From: Felis catus
Taxonomy: Eukaryota
DNA length: 64,000 nt
NCBI RefSeq assembly: GCF_018350175.1
Contig: NC_058368.1
Location: 5,518,001 to 5,582,000 of the forward strand
Direction: 5' to 3'
Both the position numbers and the translations under genes were made by a program. A model generated the notes under the pieces. The model made no database searches and was not told where the DNA came from. It saw nothing but the letters and a program-made list of their open reading frames with translations. Numbering within the stretch: the stretch's first letter is position 1; each line of letters opens with the position of its first letter. Shown here one piece after another: positions 51,412 through 64,000 of this stretch.

Positions 51412-53601
51412 TTGACTCCGTTTTTAATTAACTGACTTCCCGCAGGTCTCAACTGACTAGAAGATGGGATTGTAACGGATTGCTGAAATGAGCTTTTTAA
51501 TGAAACGGAACATCGAAATTATACTTTAGTATCTGGGGTACAAGTAAGTCTACGCCTCAGTGATTTAATAGAGGTTCATGCTGTCATTTTAAAGGACATC
51601 CTGTACTATACGAATGTGTACGTGTATCCTATAAATGGTCTGTTTGTGAAGTCTTGGCCCAGATAGAAGTTTTCTTTAGCTGCAGTCCTGTAATGAGTAA
51701 TTATGACACAGCTGATGTATGCCGCGTTGCCCTCACGCTTTCGTCTATATGAGCATCTCAACCCGGAATGCCGGTTGCCTCTTAGATCTTACTGTTGAAA
51801 TTCTACCGTCTTTCAGAAACCAGGTCCAATGTGATACTTTGCCTCAAAAGCCTTCCCCAGATTCTCCGTGTAAAGCTGCGGGAGACTCCTGAAATGTGTT
51901 TGTTGACAGCACGTTGCAGTACTCCCTGCTGGCTTGCTTAGAGATGCTCCCAGTACTGGGATTGGGGGAATCCTGTTAGCGCTGGTGCACTTGCACCGTG
52001 TGGATGTTTGTACACACCTCCGCGTCTCCGGGTAGCTCTGAACACGGTCATCGGCACTTTCGCCTGACTTACGTAAGAGCACGCACCCCGAAACACTGCA
52101 GGGCAGCAAGAACTTGCATTTGTGTATCAGGAGAGAGAACAGATCCTTCCCCACAGCAAGCACAAACACATTTTTTGAGGGGAAAAGAAGCACTGTGCTG
52201 ACATTCTCTCGGAGAAGTGACTGCCTGTACGTAATAGGGCTCTATATGCTTTAGGCGAGACATTTGTTTAAGCTTAGAGAGCCTTTCGGGTTTTGTTAGG
52301 ATATTTAAAGGTGCTTGTCTTGTAACCATTTTCAGGGGTGTGTGAGGAATGGTCACTAGCCATAGCAACATAGAGAAGACTCTTGGTTGGGAAGAAATGT
52401 TACTATTTTACAATTTATAATAAGTGTGGTGTTAGAGGTAAGTGCTACCTGCTTGGTAAGCTATGAACCTCGAAGCTACCTGCTCTCTCCAGGGATCAGG
52501 AAGCTAATTTTAACTGTGAACTGTAACCTCCACGGGTTTCGGAGTTTAATTTTCTGTGATATTAACCAATCTCGTGTGGTGAGTTTTGTAGCTTTGTTAG
52601 TTGTATTGATCTCATAGTGAAATACAAGTGCTTGGGTCTGTATTTGTAGGACTAGTATATGTGGCTTGCTTCTCCGTTATTATTGGGTCCCAAAAACTGT
52701 CAAGAGCTTTCTGTAAACACATTCTAAATCTGAAAGTATCTTTAAAAATGAACTTTTCCCCTTTGAGGCAAAATTCCAGTTGGCTGGCAGTTTTCTTTCC
52801 TATAAAGGGGCTCCTCAGGGAGAAACGCTCTGAACGGAACGTGGCCTTACCACCACTCTGCCACAGTGTGGATTGGGTGGCCCTGTTAAATCACCTCCTT
52901 ACTCCGGGTATAGAAAAATGGATTCCGCAACCTTAAAATTATAGCCCTTACCCAAGAGAACTTCTAACATAAAGAAAAAGCAGAAGCTAGCTGAGGCTTA
53001 AGATGTCTATATAAGGAGAAAAATGAGGCGTTAAACAGTTAGACACTGCCATCAGATTTTTCGCATTGATTAATAGTTCTGAATCATTTGGGCCTTCGGT
53101 CCAGAATGCAACAGTTATCCAACCCGTGGACATTAAACATTCAGTTGCCAGCTTCTGGGTTTTTTTTTTCTGATTGTTAATTTTCAGTTCATGTGTTTTA
53201 GGTGCTTGGCTAAGGATTTTGTGAAAATGTCTCTTCTTGTTTGAATTCATTTTTCTGCAAATTCTGACTGCTTTAAAGGTGGATGATAGAGTTAGCTTAT
53301 TTTTTTCTTATTTACCCTTATTTAAGGGTAATGAGGTAATTAATATCTTTTATTTGCTCATAAAAAACTGTAATATATATAACTTATTCAAAATCAATGT
53401 TGCTTTTGAAATTTCCACATGCTTGCAATCTTGGAATCTCAAGCTACGCATGTAGATACCGTCTTCACAGGTATTCCCTACTGAAAACCGTGCTGGCATC
53501 TCAGAAATTAAGTACAACGTATGTTTATAAAGTGGCCCTTAATTTTGCAACTGTGGAAATGTTATCTTGATGAAGGCTACAGCTCTTACAACATTAAGTT
53601 C

Positions 53602-53633
53602 TTTTTTTAATTTTTTTATGTTTATTTATTTTT

Positions 53634-53670
<37 letters not shown>

Positions 53671-53740
53671 CAGTGGAGGAGCAGAGAGGGAGACACAGAA
53701 TCCGAAGCAGGTTCCAGGCTCTGAGCTGTCAGCACAGAGC
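53602..53740 (-). mobile_element. 5'-truncated Can-SINE
   Basis: T tail, (GA)n and CAGAATCCGAAGCAGG...CAGCACAGAGC; the head is missing. Confidence 0.88.
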
Positions 53741-53897
53741 TGATAAGTGTTATTGAAAACCAAATAAATTAAAAACCTCTGGAAGAAATTGTGCTTATAG
53801 GTGGCGGCTAAATAGCCAAAATTCTGGTAGAAGCTGGCCATTAGACATGGTAGACAAGGATGGACCCAAGACCTTGATTATCAAGAAATAGTCCAGA

Positions 53898-54093
53898 GGG
53901 GCGCCCGGGTGGCTCAGCCGGTTGAGCGTCCAACTTCAGCTCAGGTCATGATCTCGCGGTTCGTGGGTTCGAGCCCCACGTCGGGCTCTGTGCTGACAGC
54001 TCAGAGCCTGGAGCCTGCTTTGGATTCTGCGTCTCCCTCTCTCTCTGCCCCTCCCCTGCTCGCACTTTGTCTCTGTCTCTTAATAAATAAACA
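53898..54093 (+). mobile_element. Can-SINE
   Basis: Full-length head and body; the tail grades into GAA-rich sequence. Confidence 0.92.
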
Positions 54094-54639
54094 TGAAGAA
54101 GGAGAAGGAGAAGAAGTCCAAAACCTAGAAGGAATTGGAAAATTCGGGATGAAACAGAAAAATATATAAGGTGGTTTAAGTGCGCCTGTCCGGAGAGATT
54201 CGGGGTTACAAAGAAACTAGATGGGCGGATTAAAGTTATATCATCTCTACATCTTTAATAAAGTAAGAGTTCAACCTACCTGACAATTATTTGGTGTCTG
54301 AGATATCGGGGTCGACTGGGGCATGGCCAAGATAAAGTTTCGAGGCATTTACATTTGAAGTCCCCCACAGTAAAGTGATCTGAAGGTACTGCATAGAGAC
54401 ATCGTTTTTAATTCAAAAGATCCCATAGACATTACCAGGCCCAACCCGTTCTTGTTTCAAAGGACAGTGGTGTTAAAAGAACGGTTCCGTAGATGGCCTG
54501 AAGTCCCATGGCTGTTCAGGGGCAGAATCAGGACTATTACGGGAGTCTTCTCTCGGGCAAATCTTGTATTTTCTCCTCCACATCACTGCAGCTGTGCAGA
54601 ATTTGAGCTGCTCCAATGAGATGTCTGGTAGACAGCTGT

Positions 54640-56250
54640 AGGTTGAAATATAATCACATATCATAAAATTCCCCCCTTAAAAGAGTACATTCGAGGGGTT
54701 TTAGTATATTCGTAGACTTGTGCAACTATCACCACTGTATGATTCCAGAGCACTTCCATCACTCCAAAAAGAAACCCATAGCTCTTAACGGTCCCTAATC
54801 ACCCCCTAACCCCCTCTCCGGCCACCACCACCACCAAAGCCTCTGGCGACCTCCAGTCCACTTTCTGTCTCTGTGCATTTCTTTGTTCCGGACACGCCGT
54901 ATACGTGGGAATCGTGTAGTATCTTGCCTTTGTGTCTGGCTGCTTTCACAGAGCCTAAGGTTTGCGAGGGTTCATCCGTGTTGCAGCACGTATCAATGCT
55001 TCGTTTCTTTTTATGGCAAAATAATACTCCATTGTATGGCTCTCCCACACTTTTTAATCCATTTGTCAGTTGACAGACATTTGGGATGGTTCCACGTTTT
55101 ATACATTATGAATAATACTGCTATGAACATTTGTATGCAAGTTTTTGAATAGAGCTAAGTTTTCAGTTCTCTTGGTATATACCCAGGAATGGAATTGCTG
55201 AATCGTATATAAAGTAACTCTATGTTTCGCTTCTCCGGGAAGTGCCAAGTTGTTTTCCAAATTCGCAGCACTATTTTACACTCCTACCAGCAGTATACAA
55301 GGGTTCCAATTCTCCATACCCTCACCAACACTTAGTTCTTCTGGATTATCGCCATCCCAGTGGGTGTGAAGTGGTGTCTCATTGTGTTTTGGGTTTGCGT
55401 TTTCCTGATGACTAATCATTTGCGCGTGTGCTTGCTTATTGCTCGTCTGTAAGCCTTCTTTGGAGCCATGTCTCCTTAGACCCTTTGCCTGTTTTTCCTT
55501 TGCCAGTTGGGTCGCTTGTTTTCTTCTTATTATTATTCTTGAGTTGTAAGGGCTCTCTTTGCATTCTGAATACAAGTCCCTTCGCAGCCGTGTTTTTTTT
55601 TTTAAATATTTTTTTTTCCATTCTGTGAGTTGTCTTTTCATCTCAAGGGTATCCTTTGAAGCAAAGAACTTTCTAATCTTCCTGGAGTCCAACTTTTATT
55701 CTTTAGTCTTCTATGTTTTTGGTATCCTGTCTAAAAACCGTTACCTAACCCAAGGTCACAAAAATGTACTCCTATGTTTTCTTCTAGATGTTCAGGAGGT
55801 TTAGCTTTTAAATTTGGGACTACTGGGGGAACCTGGGTGGCTTAATCGGTTAAGCATCCGACTTTGGCTCAGGTCATGATCTTGCGATTCATGGGTTCGA
55901 GCCCCGCATCGGGCTCTGTGCCAACAGCTCGGAGTCTGCTTCGGATTCTGTGTCTCGCTGTCTCTCTGCCCCTCTTCCACTCATGCACTCTCTCTCTCTC
56001 TCTCTCTCCCTCTCTCTCAAAAATAAACATTAAAAAAATTTAATTTAGGACTATTGTCCATTTGGAGACAGACAATATGGTGTAGAGTAGGTGTCCAGCT
56101 TCATTCTCTTGCATGTAGATATCCAATTGTATCAGCATTATTTATTGAAAAGATTCTCTCCGTCATTGAATTATCTTAGTCCCCTTGTTGAGAATCAATT
56201 GAACATAAATGAAATGGCTTATTTCTGGACTCTCTATTCTATTGATCTGT
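54640..56250 (-). mobile_element. Ancient L1M (L1MA/MB-like) 3' region, interrupted by a SINE
   Basis: TTGAAATATAATCACATATCATAAAATT, GACATTTGGGATGGTTCCAC, CCAGGAATGGAATTGCTG, GTGAAGTGGTGTCTCATTG and ATTTCTGGACTCTCTATTCT motifs. Confidence 0.85.
55825..56038 (+). mobile_element. Can-SINE nested in L1
   Basis: TSD AATTT(G/A)GGACTA on both flanks. Confidence 0.92.
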
Positions 56251-56519
56251 GTGTGTAAACTAAAAATTCTTTAAAAACAAACAGTGAGACACTTAGTCAC
56301 ATTATTCAATCCATGTAGAAAACAGAGAGTAGAAAAGTATCTATAACTTCTCACTGTGTTTTGCCATATTTCCCTTGAGCGAGACTTAGGCCATTTAATT
56401 CCTCTACAGTTGTTATTCTTACCTTTAAAAAAAACTCTGCTCACACTGCTCATTTCTTTTCCTATGCACTGCAGAAGACAGAGGGAATGGACAAAGCAGC
56501 AGGACTCCTAAAATCACTT

Positions 56520-56521
<2 letters not shown>

Positions 56522-56565
<44 letters not shown>
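56522..56565. repeat. (AC)22 microsatellite
   Basis: Read directly from the sequence. Confidence 0.95.
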
Positions 56566-56568
<3 letters not shown>

Positions 56569-57208
56569 AAGGGGTAAAGGTTATATTTCTTTTTAATATT
56601 TTGTATTTTGCTGTCCCTGTTTCTGCTGTAAGCCACTGATTTACTGAGTGCAGTCCTGAGGCTCGATACCAGCTGTGCACGAGTGGACTTTTATAAATAC
56701 TTTCATGAGAACTTGAATCACGAGTTACCTTAATTTAAGGGCAAGCAAAGAACATTCTGAACAAAACGTAAACCTTTACTGAACCCAAGTTCAGACTGGT
56801 TTCTTTGCTCCCCAAAGACTTTTTGTACCTGAAATATCAATCGAAAGCATATTTCTACTTGAAATTTTTTTTAAAAATCCTTCAGATATCTCTACTTTAA
56901 CTCCCATGATTTAACTTTTAGAAACCTCTGTGACCTTATAAACAAAGAGATCTCTTGAGAACCGAACTGGGAAACCATATTTTCAGAGAGCCTAGAGATT
57001 TTTCCAGAAAGTTGAAAGAGATCTAAGGAATTCAAATCTCAGAAGGAAGGATTGTGTCCTAGGTAAGAGCTACACCCGAAAAACATGTAATATTTCAAAA
57101 ATTTATGGTTCCAGTGAATATTCACATGCTACATTGTAAATTACCAGATCTTGACAATGACTTGGCTTGCGTATGAAATAATATTAGCTTAAAGTTGTTA
57201 GACAGTGA

Positions 57209-57380
57209 AAGATACAGAAAGCCAGACTCTGTAGAGAACCAACAGAAATAGGTGAAGGGGACTAAGAACACTTACCATGATGGGCGCTGAGTGACGCATA
57301 GAATTGTTGGATCACTGTGTTTTACACCTGAAACTAATATAACATGGATGCCAACTAGACTGGAATTAAAATGTTGAAAA
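57209..57380 (+). mobile_element. Carnivore L1 extreme 3' end
   Basis: ATAGGTGAAGGGGACTAAG...ACACCTGAAACTAATATAAC...GGAATTAAAAT; GACAGTGA occurs on both flanks. Confidence 0.75.
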
Positions 57381-57433
57381 ATTATTCGACAGTGACATAC
57401 TGCCTATGAAAATGCAGTTTCCTGTTTAAAATC

Positions 57434-57590
57434 TTTTTTTTTTGTCTTTTTTAAGTCTTTTTGTCTATTTAACTTCCGGTTTGTTAACCTACAATGGGAT
57501 ATTAGTTTCAGGTGTACAATATAGTGACCCAGCACTGCCGTGTAATGCCTGGTGCCCATCACAAGCGTCCTCCTTCATCCCCATCACCTC
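57434..57590 (-). mobile_element. Carnivore L1 extreme 3' end (antisense)
   Basis: T-rich tail followed by ATATTAGTTTCAGGTGTACAATATAGTGA...CCCCATCACC. Confidence 0.75.
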
Positions 57591-57929
57591 TTTAAAATCC
57601 ACAGTTTTGCCCTCTTGAACCTACCGTGTCCACAAGGCTGCCGTCGATTCTTTCTTCTCAGAACCTGTTCTTGTCCCTCTTCTCCCCTTCCCGTGTGACG
57701 CGTCCTCGCAAATGTTTCAAACTGTTTGTGCCACTCTCCCGGTCGCTTGTAAAGCTTCCGTCCAAGTGCTGTCTTTACCGTTATGTGAATCAACTCTCCT
57801 TTCTCTCGGAGCTGTTCCCATCTCCTCTTAAAAGGCTGGTTGTTCTCACCTCCGGCTCACAGCACCCTGCTTATTTTCTTCACAGCCCTGATGGTCGGAT
57901 TTGTTGGTTTACTTCTGCGTTACCCGTGT

Positions 57930-58055
57930 CCCCCACCGGTCCACAACGGCCTCAGTGGCAAAGATCTTTCTCTCTTTCCCCTAAATCTCCAGCACCTGGA
58001 GTAGAGCCGAGTACACAGTTGGTGCCCCATAAATATGTGTCCAATAAATGATCAA
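57930..58055 (+). mobile_element. L2 3' end relic
   Basis: CTCCAGCACCTGGAGTAGAGCCGAGTACACAGTTGGTGCCCCATAAATATGTG..AATAAATGA resembles the L2 terminus. Confidence 0.6.
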
Positions 58056-58460
58056 ACAGTAGTGAGTTACGACCAGAGTCAAAACTCCCGAGAATCTGAG
58101 AGGGTGTGTGTATAGTAGAGCCGTCTAATTAGTATATTGCAGAGAGCGGGCTGGCTAAACTCATTTCCTGGAGGGAGTCCACTTAATGACATCTCTAGCC
58201 ATTTGAATGCAGGAGAGGAAAAAGTTGGTTTTGTTTTCTTTGGTTGTGTCTTCCACTGGGCTTTGGACCCTAGAAAAGTAATGGTAACAGCTTCTGTTCA
58301 GCTCTTACCGTCTGAAGCCTTCATTCAGTGTGGACTGTTGTGGGAAAAGCACTTTCTCTGAATGAGGCGTCCTGTTGCTTCTGAATTTACCCCTGTTTTT
58401 CATCGTCTTGCTCATGAAGTTGCACAAGATTCTGTTTCTTTATGTAGCACATTAAAAATT

Positions 58461-58690
58461 GGGGCGCCTGGGTGGCACAGTCGGCTAAGCGTCCGACTTC
58501 AGCCAGGTCACGATCTCACGGTCTGTGAGTTCGAGCCCCGCGTCGGGCTCTGGGCTGATGGCTCAGAGCCTGGAGCCTGTTTCCGGTTCTGTGTCTCCCT
58601 CTCTCTCTGCCCCTCCCCCGTTCATGCTCTGTCTCTCTCTGTCCCAAAAATAAAAATAAAAACGTTGAAAAAATAAAAATAAAAAATAAA
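58461..58690 (+). mobile_element. Young SINEC_Fc-type Can-SINE
   Basis: Full-length with the same diagnostic positions as the copies at 928 and 4905; no clear TSD. Confidence 0.93.
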
Positions 58691-59669
58691 GGCGTTTGTC
58701 GCATTCCAGACGACAAAGTGAAGGTTCCGTCTGTTGGGCCCAGCCCCCCGGTCTAGAGAACTCCATGGGGCCAGAGAACATGTCCATCTCTCTTAAAACA
58801 GCTCTATTCTAGGCAGCACTCAATAAAATAAGTTGAATCAATTAATCCTTTCCAGCTTTAAAATGCTGATCTCTCTGATTCATGAATGCATTTTCCAGCA
58901 GCAGTAATATGTGACTTTGTGATATTAAGTACATTTCCAGGAAGCTCAAATACAGGGACATGAATGGCTCAGTGAGAGGAACAGGTGTTTCACGCTTGCG
59001 GGAGAAGCCAGGTATGACGTTCGCTTACAGACTTGCAGGCAGAGGTCATTTGTTTCCTGGGTGGACCATTTGATTTTTTTGAAAACAATTTTTAAGGTGA
59101 TTGTGGTATATTAATACCATTAAATCATTGATGAATTTTGCCAAGTCTTTGGAAAGTAAATATTAAAGGATCAAATTATGATCAGGCTTACATTTACTTC
59201 ATCGTTTTGTTTTCAGCTTGTCCTATAAATTTTGTGCATGATGTTATAATTAAGGATCTTAAGGGATGAATTAAATAGAGAGTTGTACAAAATTTTTACC
59301 ATTTGTCTTCCCCAAAAGAAAAATATCTGTAACTATAGTAAAAGACCCTGTCATCTTAATTAAGAGGCAGCTCTTTTCCTGTTTTTTTTCCTGTCTTAAT
59401 TATATAAGCTGTGCTGAGTGGGATGTAATAACATGATTTTAAATTGATAATTCATGTGTAGAAGGCACTTGGCAGTAAAGTACAGAGCAGTATCAGTGGC
59501 ATAACGTTGGCAGTAGAAAAATATAAATATAATCCAAATGCCAGCATAGAAATAAAGCCAGGACCAGGTAGTCAACGATTTAATAAAATGTTTTGGGAAA
59601 TGCGGTCAATTACATTAATTTTTAAACCGAAATAAAGCATGTAGTTTACTGAGAAGTCATAGGACCTGG

Positions 59670-59671
<2 letters not shown>

Positions 59672-59715
<44 letters not shown>
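59672..59715. repeat. (GT)22 microsatellite
   Basis: Read directly from the sequence. Confidence 0.95.
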
Positions 59716-59717
<2 letters not shown>

Positions 59718-60103
59718 CTACATACCATTAAAAATGGTAATCCTTACGTTTACTTACACTTCTAGTCATCATCCCTAAAGAAAACCTTTTTTAGATGTTT
59801 CTTCTGGAAGCTATCAGCTTGTCTCCAAGTAACATGCTTGTGCTATGTGTTGGTTTCTCTATTTCAGATGTTGCCTTTTGACATCCTGTTCTGGCGGGTG
59901 AGGATTTCCCTCCCATATGTTACTGTCTGACCTCCCCTCTTCCTCCCTTCCAATATAGTAATAGCTATCATTTTAATTAATTTGGGGATCTGTGTGAGCC
60001 TCTTTAATAGTATGTAAATAATGTTCACTGTAGAGCCAAAAAATATGATTCTTTTTCCTTTCTTGCTCATGTTTCAGTTTTTCCCATAGTTTCAGAAAGC
60101 CTT

Positions 60104-60338
60104 TCTTTTTTTATTCAAGTGTGTGTGTGTGTGTGTTTGTTTGTTTGTTTGTTTATTTAGAGGGGGTAGGCCTGTGTGCACAACAGGGGAAGGGCAGAGA
60201 GGAAGAATCCCTAGCAGGCTCCACACTCACGGTTCTGAGCCTGATGCAGGGCTTAAACTCATGAACCAAATCGTGAGATGATGACCTGTGCCTAAACACG
60301 AGTTGGACACTTAACCAACTGAGCCACTGAGGCACCCC
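60104..60338 (-). mobile_element. Can-SINE with tail converted to (TG)n/(TTTG)n
   Basis: TSD TCAGAAAGCCTT at 60092-60103 and 60340-60351. Confidence 0.88.
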
Positions 60339-60461
60339 ATCAGAAAGCCTTCCTCTTTGTCTCTTGCTCTAACTGAATTCCACATACTATTAATACTCTC
60401 CAGAAGTTCCACTATATTATGTATTTTCTTGAATCTCCTATCTACCTCTCCCTCCCCCCCC

Positions 60462-60668
60462 TTTTTTTTAATGTTTATTTATTTTTGTGAGGGACAGAGA
60501 GAGAGAGGAAGCAAGGCAAGGGCAGAGAAAGAGACACAGAATCCAAAGCGGGCTCCAGGTTCTGAGCTGTCAGCGCAGAGCCCGACACGGGGCTCAAACT
60601 CATGAACCATGAGATCATGACCTGACCCAAAGTCGGACACTTGACAGGTTGAGCCACCAAGGCACCCC
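60462..60668 (-). mobile_element. Can-SINE
   Basis: Antisense, full-length; TCTCCCTCCC occurs on both flanks. Confidence 0.9.
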
Positions 60669-63600
60669 ATCTCCCTCCCTTCTGAAGACCCCTCTCCTCT
60701 GGACTGCTTATTCTTTAGGCCTTATTCCTGCCACAAAAATTTGTTTCCTGGATTCCTTATTGTCATTATTCATGACTTCTTCACTCATGTTCCTGAAGCA
60801 CATATATCAGTAGTTCCTTCAAAAGTGTTACATGGGTAGTATATTTCTGAGACGTTGGATATCTTTATTACGTGATTACATGTGATTGGTAGATGGTCTG
60901 GGTATAAAATCCTAGGCTGAAATTCTTTTTTCTTTCAGAATATTCTCTCTCCTTTAGCCTCCTCCTAGCTGGCGAAAGAGAAGCTCGAGGCAATTCTGAT
61001 TCTCAATACTTTGTATTTACACATCAGAGTATTTGTCTTCTCTTTGTTCAGTGTTCTGAAATTTGCAAAGATGTGTGTATGTGTGTGTTAGTGTGGATCT
61101 CCTTTCCTTTATGAGCCTTTTCAACCTAGAGACTGGCTTTCTTTAGTGTGGGAAATTTTCTTTTATATATATTTTTGTAACATCCTCCTTTTTATTTTCT
61201 GCATTATATCTTTCTATAGCTAAGTCGTGTAAAGAACCTTCTGGATTTTCTCCCAATCTACTTATGTTCTCTATAATTTAACTCTTACTCTCTTGTTCTC
61301 TTTGAGATTCCTTGACTTACTTCTAGACCCCCGCTATTGTGATTTGGGTTTTTTTTTTAATGTTTTTCTTTCCTTTTAATTTGCAAGTCCTTTACTTTGT
61401 TCTCCCTGCTTTTATAGTAACACTCTGATCTTAGTTTATAGGTGTCATATCTTATTATACCTCCTTGAGGATATAAAATAAAATCCATATAAAGTTTTAT
61501 TTTTTACCCCATATTAGTTTCTGTTTTATCTGAGTTTCTTTCTTTTTGAAAGTTCTTCTTAGATGCTCCAATATGTGGTTTTAGTCTTTCCTTAATTAGA
61601 TTTTTTATTTCTTATTTACATATTTTAACCTTCACCTAACAATGCAAACATTGAAATACTGACTAGTTAATACATAAGAGTCAAAATATCCTTTAATACA
61701 TTTCAGATTAGAATAAAATTAATGTGTGCTTAAAGTAATTTCGCTGCCTGATAAAAGGTGACAACTTTTCCCATTGTTGATCACATTTACTTTTCCTCTC
61801 CTGGAAGAATTTCCAAAAAAAAAATCATGACAGTAATAGCAAACTTCTTAGCACATCTAGATGATGATAAGCACTAGGTCTGCTTCTTCAAATTCTATTG
61901 TGAAAAAGAGATTTACACCATCCAAGTATAAAGAGCACATCATTAATACTATATATGTTCATACACACTTGGATAATAACCAAGAGGACCTTCTCTGGAA
62001 TGAATTCTGGAATTGTTCCCAGATGTTAATAATTAATTGTGTTGTATATAATGTTCAGGTTAAATTATGTATTATCTTATTTAGTGGAAGTCTAAGATTG
62101 ACAAGTATCTGTAGCAAGACAGGATATTTTGAGAATTTAACTACTCATAAAACACGTATCATGCAGTAATTAGCGCCTTCAGCAAGTGTTGGTGCTCTAT
62201 TTCGTATTCTGGGTGTTTTGGCAAGATTGAAAAATGTTTCTGCTACTAGTTAAACTGTTACTCTGAAATCATGAATATACACACTTAAAATAGACAAGTT
62301 AGCTGTACCAATACCTTAAAATTATACTGAGTAAGTAATATTCTATTCTAAGTATTAATAATGCCAAAACTGGGCAAAGGCAATAGAATGGCCACCATAG
62401 TAGCTTGATTGCTATGAATTTATTAAGAAAATATTACTTGTTCCTTTTCAAAATAATAGCCACAAACAAAGAAAAGAGGGAAGAGAAAGGAAAAAATGCT
62501 CAAGGATGGTTTTCCACATGAACCTCCAAGTTTAATTGACCAACATCATTCTGCCTTATCTTAGCAACTTCGTGAGGCCTGGGACCGATGGGTGTTATCC
62601 ACAGAGAGAAGTGATGCTCCTAACGTGTCTCCCATTTTAATTCATTCATAGCTAAGCCTACTGAAGCAGCTCTCAATCTGGGGCCTTTGAGGGAGGTGCC
62701 GCTGCTAAGGGCCAGAAGTTCACGGCTGGGAACACTGCATGTCACAGCTGGGACAGAGGGCAGAGTGGGGTGGGTGCTTTTACAAAGTATGGCATGATTT
62801 TACCTTTTAGCGCATTATGCAGTTTGGCTCTGATGGGACAGACAGGGTTGTTGGGCTGGCGTGACCTCGTCTGTAACCTCCTTCCCCGTGGCCACTCTCC
62901 ATGGTGGTTCTGGAGGTGGCTGTGTGATCTTGTTCTGGTCTGTCGTGTGTAAGTGGAAGTCTCTGGGTGGGACTTCCAGAAGTGCCTGGCCCGTGAATAA
63001 ATATTTACTCAGGGTTGAAGTAAATGAAGTATAAACCTTAAGTACCGGTTATGAAATTTAATACAAAGTGCCTTTTCTTTGCTTCTGTCTATTGCCCCTG
63101 AGCTGTAGACGTTGCTGTCATGCCAAAGCCCATCCCCGGATTTCTTGCGTCCTCCTTGCACAGGCTCCCTCACTGGATCACTTCTGTTCCTGTTGATGTG
63201 ATGGGTGTCTGTTTACTAATATAGCAGATGTTTTTCTTATCTAAAACTCTCCCCCGAGCTTCAGCCTTGTACTTTGGATTTCCTCCTGGAGAGCCCACAG
63301 GTACTACATATTTCACATGCCCCCAACGTGAGCTCATCTACTGCCCTCCCATCACCAAGCCTCACATCTAATCACGATCATCGCTGTGACTCCAGTCTCC
63401 CTTCAGAAGACTCTCTGAATCACCTGCGGCTGCCACTCCATATTAATCCCCTCAAACAGGACTTCTCAGTATCTTTCTCTAAGAGTGTTCCCAGCTGTGA
63501 TTCCTTCCCTTCATGCCTCTCGAGTCTGCCTCCTACACTTTTCTATTAGGTAAACTTCCAGAACGGCAAGTGGCCTGTGTCCCATTCCTGCCGAAATGCA

Positions 63601-64000
63601 GTTGTCCTGGGCTCCTGGTTGGCCTGAACGAGCACGTGCTCGAGTGGAAAGTCCTCCTGGGAACCTAGGAAGACCCCACCCCCCCAGGAATCCATTGCCA
63701 GAGCTCACTTCCAGGGCACGCTCCTGCCCTGCCCCCCTCTCCATAGCCAACATGAAAAGCATACATCTCGCCTCTTCAGAAGCTCACTGTGGGGCATGCT
63801 CCATGGTACGAAAAGATGTCAGCCACAAACCCAGGAGACTGCATTTATTGAAAAAATAAACCCCCACCTCTTCTACCCCACACAGTGGTCAGCAACACAC
63901 GGCTCCTGAAGAATTATCCAGAGAGCATCTCAGTAAGAAGCAGAGAAGGCGACTGTCCCATATTTCATGTAGATGCCATATTCATGACAATGCTCTGTTC

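Overview
This is mammalian genomic DNA from a felid, judged by the many Can-SINE/SINEC_Fc-type elements and carnivore L1 3' ends. The window lies inside a large + strand gene, ATP8A2 (P4-ATPase phospholipid flippase). Only two coding exons are present: 20376-20559 (P-domain GDGAND motif) and 25495-25605 (start of TM5). The rest is intron containing about 28 Can-SINEs, L1/L2/MIR/MLT/hAT relics, a U6 snRNA retrocopy and microsatellites. Almost all of the ORF track is noise from repeats. I found no evidence of a new multi-gene biological system. The most interesting observations are mechanistic: an apparent SINE-mediated 3' transduction with two poly(A) tails inside one target-site duplication (TSD) at 29743-30044, a perfect 66-bp purine-pyrimidine palindrome about 1 kb upstream of an exon, a diverged 49-bp direct repeat, and a set of very young SINEs that may be polymorphic. 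Repeat family names come from recalled consensus motifs, not a database search. Boundaries of old repeats are approximate.
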